DNA of 64,000 nucleotides from Candidatus Magasanikiibacteriota bacterium (GTDB lineage: Bacteria > Patescibacteriota > Patescibacteriia > Magasanikbacterales > GWA2-37-8), in contig JBAYIZ010000002.1 in assembly GCA_041665405.1 (NCBI GenBank), forward strand, positions 7,300-71,299. The letters are read 5' to 3'. Under the pieces are notes generated by a model that did not search any database, had not been told where the DNA came from, and worked only from the letters and a program-made list of their open reading frames with translations. Positions within the stretch are counted from its first letter, which is position 1, and each line of letters begins with the position of its first letter. This document shows positions 11,242 through 18,276 of the stretch, piece after piece. Both the position numbers and the translations under genes were made by a program.

Positions 11242-12126
11242 TTATGCCATCTCGCGCAATTTTTTTATTCTATCTTCCACCGGTGGGTGAGTAGAGAAAA
11301 GCCCAGATAATTTTTTGCCAGAAAACGGACTGGATATAAATAGGTGAGCGGTAGCCTGAGAAGCTTGAGCCATCGGTCTATTTTCGCTTGCAATTTTTTC
11401 CAGTGCGCGTGCCAATCCTTCTGGGTAGCGCGTGAGTAAAGCGCCACTAGCATCAGCCAAATATTCACGGCGACGAGAAACTGCGAGTTTTATTAATTCA
11501 GCGATAATAGGAGAGAGAATGGCCAAAACAATTCCGACAATCGCAAAAATCGCCATTGCATTTCCGCCTTCGCGATTGTCTCTTTTTCCGCCAATCATTC
11601 CAGTCCGTATAAATATATTGGCCATAATAGAAACCGATCCAACCAGCACCGCCACTAACATCATAAAGCGGATATCATAATTTTTGACATGAGATAATTC
11701 GTGGGCGAGCACACCTTCCAGTTCTTCATTTTGTAACTTTTCAATCGCGCCACGAGTGACCGCCACCGAAGCAGTAGCCGGATTGCGGCCAGTAGCAAAA
11801 GCATTGATTGCCTGATCTTCTATTATATACAATTTCGGCATCGGTACCCCAGCTGTGATGCAAAGATTTTCGAGCATGTTGTAGACATAGCGGTTGTCTT
11901 CTTTGCCAGCTGGTTTGGCACCTGTATTCCAGAGAGCGATTTTATCACCTTGAAAATATGAAATAGCGGTAATCCCAAAAGATAACAAAACACCAATAAA
12001 TAATCCATCAAAACCACTACCACCTCGTGCCATATCAAAAACATAACCCAGACCAACCACCAAAGCGGCGGCGAGCATGAGGAGCAATACGGATTTACGT
12101 TTATTGGAATCTATCTGAGAATACAT
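11242..12126 (-). CDS. htpX: Zinc metalloprotease HtpX (M48)
   Basis: NAFATG, HELSH, SRRREYLADA, FSTHPP. Confidence 0.95.
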   Translation of the reverse strand: MYSQIDSNKRKSVLLLMLAAALVVGLGYVFDMARGGSGFDGLFIGVLLSFGITAISYFQGDKIALWNTGAKPAGKEDNRYVYNMLENLCITAGVPMPKLYIIEDQAINAFATGRNPATASVAVTRGAIEKLQNEELEGVLAHELSHVKNYDIRFMMLVAVLVGSVSIMANIFIRTGMIGGKRDNREGGNAMAIFAIVGIVLAILSPIIAELIKLAVSRRREYLADASGALLTRYPEGLARALEKIASENRPMAQASQATAHLFISSPFSGKKLSGLFSTHPPVEDRIKKLREMA

Positions 12127-12201
12127 AATAATATAAAAGTATCATAAAATGAGGGTGTTGTAAAGAATTTGTGTTAGTTGCGGAAGATATAAAATGGGGG
12201 A

Positions 12202-12230
12202 TTGACAAAAATGTAATAAAGTATTACAAT
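12202..12230 (+). promoter_or_regulatory. Sigma70 promoter with overlapping inverted-repeat operator
   Basis: TTGACA-17-TACAAT; TGTAATA-aag-TATTACA (12212-12228) spans the spacer and -10. Confidence 0.7.
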
Positions 12231-12263
12231 AAGAAAGTAAGAATTTACTACTAATATTTTAAT

Positions 12264-12494
12264 ATGGAAGCAACCGTACAAAAAACAACTTCAAAGGGGC
12301 AGATTACTTTGCCAAAAGTATGGAGGGGGCAATTTAAAACCACTCATTTTGTGTTGGAATCTAATAGTGATATTATGATTATCCGTCCAATTTTTTTGGA
12401 TGATCCGAATAATTATAAAACCATATTTAATGCAGATAGAGATAATAAAGGCAAAGGAATATCTGCAAAGAAGTTGTTGAAGTGTATAAAATAA
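12264..12494 (+). CDS. AbrB/MazE/SpoVT-family DNA-binding protein
   Basis: KTTSKGQITLPKVWR swapped-hairpin motif, 76 aa. Confidence 0.85.
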   Translation: MEATVQKTTSKGQITLPKVWRGQFKTTHFVLESNSDIMIIRPIFLDDPNNYKTIFNADRDNKGKGISAKKLLKCIK

Positions 12495-12601
12495 TTTTTT
12501 GGATAATAATAAAATATAACTGGCTATTAAAGTCAGTTTTTTTGTATTAATATCAAATGATAACACAAAGCAAATTCAAGGTTTCACAGCACCACCTCTA
12601 T

Positions 12602-12630
12602 TTGACACCAACCAAATTTTGTGCTAAGGT
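12602..12630 (+). promoter_or_regulatory. Putative promoter of DGR target gene
   Basis: TTGACA-17-TAAGGT with extended -10 TG. Confidence 0.5.
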
Positions 12631-12688
12631 AACCAGTTCAAAATCGTTCTTTTTACATATTCTCAGTTTTCTTTTTGGTAATAAAATT

Positions 12689-12714
12689 GTCATTCCCGTG
12701 AAAATGGGAATCTA
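12689..12714. repeat. REP-like palindrome in leader of DGR target gene
   Basis: gtcattcccgtgaaaatgggaatcta. Confidence 0.8.
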
Positions 12715-12821
12715 ACAAATTATCAAAAAGAAGACTGGGAAACGCACACCCAGTCAAGGTAGCAAGCTTTAAGCTCGATAGGTTTCGGGTAAGGAGTAAG
12801 CTAATAAGTTGGAGGTGCGCC

Positions 12822-13646
12822 ATGGCGCGCAAAGACAAGGATCTCAAGGAAGTCCTCGGCAACTGGACGATCGGGTTCGAGGCGCTCAGCGCCCTCGTTT
12901 ACGCCATCCTCAAGAAGGGGGGCGGGATCGAGGATCTGAGTCGGCTCAGCGACAAGGAGGATACGACGGTCGTCGATCAGGTCGCCGATCTGCTCGTTCG
13001 TCCGAAGGTCGTTGCGGAACAGCTCGTGGTTCCGCCGCCCCCGCCCAAGCCCGTCGCCCTTCGGATCGAGGACTTCGTCACGCCGATGAAGGACGATCAG
13101 GTGCCGACCATCTTGCTCGTGTTCGTCAGCATCTGGCGCATGATCGCAAACTGGCTCGGCTACACCGGTCCGATCGCGTGGCGCATTCGTGAGGGCTTCA
13201 CCCTCAAGACGATTGCTCCGCAGGTGGGTCCGTGCCGCAAGGACTTCCAGTATCTCCAGAACTGGAACTTCCCGGACGAGCCGACCAAGGACTGCATCGT
13301 TTTCTGGATTCCGCGCCTCGTGGTCGGAAGTACCAGCAAGTCGGTTTCGGAACAGATGAAGCTCTTGGCAGATCTCCGTAAGCAGTTCAATCTGCCCGAG
13401 CACCACCTGTCCGGGTTCGGTTCGGTCACCGTCCTCGCCGCTCTCATTCTCGCCCATCACAAGCTGACGGGCGAGATGGTCCCGTTGGGCGGCAACTGGA
13501 CCCGCACCGACACCTGCGGTTCGGGCGGCGGTCGCCTCGGCCTGGGCTGGGTCGGGGGCGCTCTCTGCTGCGGCGTCTGGAGCTGGGATGGGGTCAGGTA
13601 CGGTAGTGTCGGCGCCTTCCCGCTGGGGGTGGAACTCGAACACTAG
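12822..13646 (+). CDS. DGR target (variable) protein, probable C-terminal C-type-lectin-like fold
   Basis: GGAGGT Shine-Dalgarno; 274 aa; codons near the C-terminus match TR except at TR adenines; poly-Pro linker; the fold call is inferred from other DGR targets. Confidence 0.9.
   Translation: MARKDKDLKEVLGNWTIGFEALSALVYAILKKGGGIEDLSRLSDKEDTTVVDQVADLLVRPKVVAEQLVVPPPPPKPVALRIEDFVTPMKDDQVPTILLVFVSIWRMIANWLGYTGPIAWRIREGFTLKTIAPQVGPCRKDFQYLQNWNFPDEPTKDCIVFWIPRLVVGSTSKSVSEQMKLLADLRKQFNLPEHHLSGFGSVTVLAALILAHHKLTGEMVPLGGNWTRTDTCGSGGGRLGLGWVGGALCCGVWSWDGVRYGSVGAFPLGVELEH
13515..13625 (+). repeat. DGR variable repeat (VR)
   Basis: 111-nt ungapped match to 13981-14091 with 22 mismatches, all opposite TR adenines. 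Confidence 0.97.
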
Positions 13647-13683
13647 GACACTCGGTCCTTCGTTCGGTCACTCTTGGCAACTT

Positions 13684-13741
13684 GGACTCTCGTCGGTGGT
13701 ACACTTCATGTGTATCATCGGCGGGGGTCCTTCTTTATTTT
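13684..13741 (+). terminator. 21-bp RNA hairpin plus U-rich tail ending the target transcript
   Basis: Arms 13684-13704 and 13710-13730; the five non-Watson-Crick positions are all G-U; followed by ttctttatttt. Confidence 0.75.
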
Positions 13742-13980
13742 ATAAAAATTTGATATAATTCTATCGGCTGTATCGATAGTGTTTGCGCCCACGGGTGCAG
13801 GCCGGCAGCACAGGGTATTTATTGATCAGAATAATAAAGCGTACGCGTTTTATTAGCGTATCATTAAATATTTGAACTTCTTTTACACCCCGTGTCAAAC
13901 ATTATTGAGTTTGTGACTCAGAATTATATTCAACCCAAAGAGTATTCAATGGGTGGTGTTTCGGGTGGTGTTTGGCATAT

Positions 13981-14091
13981 AGCGATTCGGACGGCAATCG
14001 CCTCAACCTGAACTGGGTCGAGGGCACTCTCAACTGCGACAACTGGAACTGGGATGAGGACAGGAACAGTAATGTCGGCGCCTTCCCGCTG
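13981..14091 (+). repeat. DGR template repeat (TR)
   Basis: Rich in AAC/AAT codons (8), 27 adenines, invariant GC-rich 3' block gtcggcgccttcccgctg shared with VR. Confidence 0.97.
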
Positions 14092-14106
14092 ATGATGTAA
14101 ATCGAA

Positions 14107-14138
14107 AAAACATCCTCGCTATTGAGGATGTTTTGTTT
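14107..14138. terminator. Bidirectional intrinsic terminator between TR RNA and avd
   Basis: aaaacatcctc-gctatt-gaggatgtttt with A-run upstream and T-run downstream. Confidence 0.75.
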
Positions 14139-14145
14139 GTAAATA

Positions 14146-14478
14146 TTATTTTTTCATTTCTTTTATCCACCCACCCATCATTTTACCGGCAGTTATGAGT
14201 TGTCCGGAGAGTTGGGAATATTTATTTGTGTTTAATCCTTTTATTTCCCACAAGATAGTTATGAAATATTTTAATGTGTCCAATTTTTTACTTATTTTTT
14301 CAAGGAATATTATTTTTTCTGTGCGTTGAATATAACTGGCGGTGAGAGTTAATTCAATTATGTCGGTAAAAAGATTGTCAATTTTTGTTCCCAAAGTATG
14401 TTTTGTTAATTTTGGCAAGTGGATTAGAAAACCATGCCACAATTTGTAACTTTCATTAAACTTAGTTAAAATTGGCAA
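14146..14478 (-). CDS. avd: DGR accessory variability determinant (Avd)-like four-helix bundle protein
   Basis: 110-aa basic helical protein with LPKLTKHTLG.KI and GKMMGGW motifs, between TR and RT; TTG start is uncertain. Confidence 0.8.
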   Translation of the reverse strand: MPILTKFNESYKLWHGFLIHLPKLTKHTLGTKIDNLFTDIIELTLTASYIQRTEKIIFLEKISKKLDTLKYFITILWEIKGLNTNKYSQLSGQLITAGKMMGGWIKEMKK

Positions 14479-14488
14479 ATTTTGCTGA

Positions 14489-14498
14489 GGGGGGGGGG
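14489..14498. repeat. G10 homopolymer between the divergent avd and RT starts
   Basis: gctgaGGGGGGGGGGttaa in an AT-rich background. Confidence 0.9.
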
Positions 14499-14521
14499 TT
14501 AAAAGAACCGTTTATATTATT

Positions 14522-15529
14522 ATGAAAATTCAATTGCGTCATAGTTATAAAGAATTAGTTAATTTGGAAAATTTGTTATTTGCTTGGCAAGAGTTTATTG
14601 TTGGTAAAAAGAATAAATTGGACGCGCAAATTTTTAATCGCGATCTCATGGACAATATTGTAGAGCTTCACGAGAGTTTGGTCAATCATACATATTGTCA
14701 TGGTGGATACGAAAGTTTTTATGTCACTGATCCAAAGCGACGACATATTCACAAGGCGAGTGTGAGAGACAGGCTGTTGCATCATGCGATTTATCGGATT
14801 TTGTATCCGTTTTTTGATCGGACTTTTATTTCCGATTCATTTTCGTGTCGCGATGACAAAGGGATGCACAGGGCGTTGGATAGGTTTAGAGCGATGAATT
14901 TTGAGGTTAGTAAAAACCACGCTCGCACCTGCTGGGTTCTCAAATGTGATATTCAAAAATTTTTTGATAGTATTGACCACGGAATTTTATTGAATATTTT
15001 ATCTGAGCATATTTCTGACCGAGACATTTTGAATTTATTAAAAAATGTAATTGATAGCTATAATAGTGAAACAAACGGGGTGGGAGTGGGTTTACCACTT
15101 GGCAACCTCACTTCACAATTATTTTCCAACGTATATATGAATGTGTTTGACCAATTTGTTAAACACAAACTTAAAGTAAAAAATTATATCCGCTATGCGG
15201 ATGATTTTGTATTTCTTTCTCATGATAAACAATATTTAGAAAATTTAATACCTCAAATTCGGGATTTTTTAAGTGAAAAATTAAGATTGACTTTGCATCC
15301 TAGAAAAATATATTTGCAAACCATAGCATCAGGGATTGATTTTCTTGGGTGGAAACATTTTGCCAACCACCGTGTACTGAGAAAGACAACCCAAAAAAGA
15401 ATGATGAGAAATATTGAGATTCATCCGACAAACGAAACTTTACAATCATATTTGGGATTATTGAAACATGGGAATAGTGGAAAGATAAAAAATGAATTAT
15501 TGATTATGTCTTGGGTGTGGAGGATATGA
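14522..15529 (+). CDS. DGR-type reverse transcriptase
   Basis: PKRR.I...SVRDRLLHHA, KCDIQKFFDSIDH, GLPLGNLTSQ (SQ typical of DGR RTs), YADD, GIDFLG; 335 aa with no endonuclease domain. Confidence 0.95.
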   Translation: MKIQLRHSYKELVNLENLLFAWQEFIVGKKNKLDAQIFNRDLMDNIVELHESLVNHTYCHGGYESFYVTDPKRRHIHKASVRDRLLHHAIYRILYPFFDRTFISDSFSCRDDKGMHRALDRFRAMNFEVSKNHARTCWVLKCDIQKFFDSIDHGILLNILSEHISDRDILNLLKNVIDSYNSETNGVGVGLPLGNLTSQLFSNVYMNVFDQFVKHKLKVKNYIRYADDFVFLSHDKQYLENLIPQIRDFLSEKLRLTLHPRKIYLQTIASGIDFLGWKHFANHRVLRKTTQKRMMRNIEIHPTNETLQSYLGLLKHGNSGKIKNELLIMSWVWRI

Positions 15530-15536
15530 AAACAAA

Positions 15537-15568
15537 AACTCCGCCAATGATGGTGGAGTTCTTTTTTT
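15537..15568. terminator. Terminator between convergent RT and lemA
   Basis: aactccgcca-atga-tggtggagtt followed by cttttttt. Confidence 0.75.
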
Positions 15569-15593
15569 GGTCTATGTAAGGAAAAATGCTTTA

Positions 15594-16160
15594 TTAGAAC
15601 TTCACCTGCACATTTTGTTTTTCATTTTCCGCGGCCAAGAAAAATTCGTATTTGGTGAATTTCAACAACCCTGCAAACATATTAGTAGGGAAGACCTGAA
15701 TTTGAGTATTGAAGTCACGCACATTGCCATTGTAAAATCGGCGACTAGCTTGGATTTTATTTTCTGTGTCCGAAATTTCATCTTGCAATTGCAAGAAGTT
15801 TTGGCTGGCTTTTAGATCCGGATAATTTTCAGTGACCGCAAATAGTGATTTCAAAGTAGAGGACAAAGCGTTTTCTGCCTGTTCGCGTTGAGCCAAGGTC
15901 GCGCCAGTATTATCATGAGTAGCCATAGCGGCAGTGCGAGCTTCGGTGAGTTTTGTCAAAGTTTCGCGTTCGTGGGTCATATAGCCCTTTACTGTCTCAA
16001 CTAGATTTGGAATCAGGTCATAACGGCGTTTGAGTTGGACATCAATGTCACTAAATGCTTCATCTACGCGGTTTTTACTGCGTACCAAACCGTTGAATAT
16101 GACAATGATCCAAACCAATCCTATTGCCAGAACTGCTAAAATAATATAAAATGGATTCAT
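15594..16160 (-). CDS. lemA: LemA family protein
   Basis: N-terminal TM, IDVQLKRRYDLIPNLV, ENYPDLKAS, RRFYN. Confidence 0.96.
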   Translation of the reverse strand: MNPFYIILAVLAIGLVWIIVIFNGLVRSKNRVDEAFSDIDVQLKRRYDLIPNLVETVKGYMTHERETLTKLTEARTAAMATHDNTGATLAQREQAENALSSTLKSLFAVTENYPDLKASQNFLQLQDEISDTENKIQASRRFYNGNVRDFNTQIQVFPTNMFAGLLKFTKYEFFLAAENEKQNVQVKF

Positions 16161-16241
16161 AGAATATTAACTTAATTAGCAAAGCCGGTGTCGGCTTTAT
16201 TGAGTTATTTTACCTTAATTATAATTATAAATCAAGCAACT

Positions 16242-17543
16242 ATGGCCTCTTTGTTGTATTTTATCATTGTTTTAGCGATACTAGTTATTTCACATGAATT
16301 TGGTCATTTTATCATAGCCAAAAAAACTGGCATGAAAGTGCATGAGTTTGGTTTTGGTTTTCCTCCGCGTCTTTTTGGTATTCAATTTTTAAAAGAAAAA
16401 AAATTAAAGAAAATTGCTGAAGTGGAAACAATAGAAGTAAAAGATGAAATCGTGGCTGGTATAGATGGTGGAGAAATTTTACAAGAAACAATTACTGACA
16501 CAACCAAAGAAATAGATATAATAGAAAATAAAACAAAATGGCGGTTTGTTTTGGGCAATCGCGATCTTAATGAAAGTGATGAACAATATGGTACGGTGTA
16601 TTCTTTGAACTGGTTACCACTTGGTGGATTTGTAAAAATAAAAGGAGAGAACGGCGATGGTGCGGATGATCCACAAAGTTTTGCGGCCAAAAAACCATGG
16701 CAAAAGGCAGTGGTATTGGTAGCGGGTGTGGTGATGAATATTATTTTGGCTGGAGTTTTGTTGATCGCTGGATATATGATTGGCCTGCCACAAACTTTGG
16801 ATAATATGGATGATGTGTCTGCGATAAAAGATCGTCGTATTGAAATTTTGCAAACAATTCCTGGCAAACCAGCCGAAGCGGCCGGGATAAAAGCAGGGGA
16901 TGTAGTTGTGCAGGTTGGTGAGATTGTGAATCCTCGTTTGAAAGAATTACAAAATTATGTAAATGAACACAAGACCGAAGAATTGTTATTGCGTGTAAAA
17001 CGTGGCGAAGAAATTATTGATAAAAAAATTACTCCAGCAGTTTACGCCGATACTGGCAAAGGTGGTTTGGGAATTGCGATCGCTGAACTCGGTACGGTGA
17101 AGTATTCATTTTTCCCAGCTATTTGGGAAGGTATCAAAACTACCGGTTGGTATCTGAAAGAAATTTTAGTGGCTTTTTATTTATTGTTGAAAGGTTTGAT
17201 TACCGGTGGTGGTGCAGCTGAGGCGGTGTCTGGTCCAGTGGGAGTAGCAGTGATGACTGGCCAAGTGGCACGCTTGGGCTTGATTTATCTCATCCAATTT
17301 ACTGCGATGCTATCTTTGAATTTAGCGATATTTAATATTTTACCTATTCCAGCTTTGGATGGTGGTCGTTTATTATTTTTAGCAATTGCCAAGATTCGTC
17401 GCAAACCAGTATCTGAAAAAATTGAAGGTATTTTTCATACGGTTGGATTTATGTTGTTGATGTTGCTAGTGGTAGTGGTGACGGTGCGAGATTTATCTAC
17501 TTTCAAAGAATTGATTATGAATTTTTTTAGTAGATTATTTTAA
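16242..17543 (+). CDS. rseP: RIP metalloprotease RseP (M50) with PDZ domain
   Basis: HEFGH, PLGGFV, NILPIPALDGG; ATG at 16242 preferred over the ORF-track start at 16188. Confidence 0.92.
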   Translation: MASLLYFIIVLAILVISHEFGHFIIAKKTGMKVHEFGFGFPPRLFGIQFLKEKKLKKIAEVETIEVKDEIVAGIDGGEILQETITDTTKEIDIIENKTKWRFVLGNRDLNESDEQYGTVYSLNWLPLGGFVKIKGENGDGADDPQSFAAKKPWQKAVVLVAGVVMNIILAGVLLIAGYMIGLPQTLDNMDDVSAIKDRRIEILQTIPGKPAEAAGIKAGDVVVQVGEIVNPRLKELQNYVNEHKTEELLLRVKRGEEIIDKKITPAVYADTGKGGLGIAIAELGTVKYSFFPAIWEGIKTTGWYLKEILVAFYLLLKGLITGGGAAEAVSGPVGVAVMTGQVARLGLIYLIQFTAMLSLNLAIFNILPIPALDGGRLLFLAIAKIRRKPVSEKIEGIFHTVGFMLLMLLVVVVTVRDLSTFKELIMNFFSRLF

Positions 17544-17545
17544 AT

Positions 17546-18262
17546 ATGAAAATTAACGGGGAAAGATTTTTAAATGACGAAGCCCTTGAGAAAATGAGTG
17601 GGCAATGGAAAAAAGATGCGGATAAATATGAAAAGAGAACTCCAGATTTTCCTTATTATTATCCTGTAAATAGAATTGAAGGTAAAAAACGCGACGGCGG
17701 ACAAATTGATTTGTTGCATAATGAAAGGTTTATTGAGGAAACAATACCAGTATTAATAAAGAATAATCCTGAAAGGAAAATAAAAATATTAGATGTAGGT
17801 GGTGGTACTGGGTTATTTGCGAAACAAATCCGTGAGATCTTTGGTTCAAAAGTAGAGGTGCTTACCACTGGTTTAGTAAAGCAGTCAGCTAGAGTGGAAC
17901 GAGCTTCAATTGGTGAATCAACTAAACTTCATCAAAATGATTTAAAGTGGCGTTCGGTATTAGAACTTAGCGATTTTCCGGAGTTTGATTTGATTATTGA
18001 TACAATGGGAGAAGGATTATGGGGTGTGGGACTTGAAGAGTTTGAAGAATCAAAAGGTAAGATTGAAAATTATTTAAACGCTGTCGCAAAAAAGTTATTA
18101 CCTGGTGGACATGCCAGTATTACACAATTACATGTGGATGAAACTTCCCCTGATGAATTTAGAAAATTGTTTGATCATATAGAACAGGCTTGTGGTGTGA
18201 AGATAGATCGTAATGAAAAAGGTGGTTCAATAAAAATATATAAGAGTGATAAAAAAATATAA
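17546..18262 (+). CDS. Class I SAM-dependent methyltransferase
   Basis: ILDVGGGTG, FDLII, LLPGG. Confidence 0.75.
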   Translation: MKINGERFLNDEALEKMSGQWKKDADKYEKRTPDFPYYYPVNRIEGKKRDGGQIDLLHNERFIEETIPVLIKNNPERKIKILDVGGGTGLFAKQIREIFGSKVEVLTTGLVKQSARVERASIGESTKLHQNDLKWRSVLELSDFPEFDLIIDTMGEGLWGVGLEEFEESKGKIENYLNAVAKKLLPGGHASITQLHVDETSPDEFRKLFDHIEQACGVKIDRNEKGGSIKIYKSDKKI

Positions 18263-18276
18263 GTTAAATATTGTTT

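Larger units (their letters stand above)
13765..14138 (+). ncRNA. Predicted DGR template RNA (structured leader, TR, terminator)
   Basis: Extended -10 TGaTATAAT at 13751-13759, several short hairpins in 13761-13965, TR, terminator at 14107-14138; no ORF-track ORF in this interval. Confidence 0.6.
12822..15529 (+). mobile_element. Diversity-generating retroelement cassette (target/VR, TR, avd, RT)
   Basis: All core components lie within 2.7 kb; VR/TR mismatches are adenine-specific. Confidence 0.95.

Noticed and set aside
12801-13643. 280-aa minus-strand ORF and other overlapping ORFs (12809-13192, 13160-13447)
   Set aside because: Shadow ORFs of the high-GC target gene. The SD and the VR codon logic support the frame 12822-13646.
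14522-15529. RT as group II intron, retron or CRISPR-associated RT
   Set aside because: It is short, has the SQ motif, lacks maturase/endonuclease domains and the retron VTG motif, and has an adjacent TR/VR pair and Avd.
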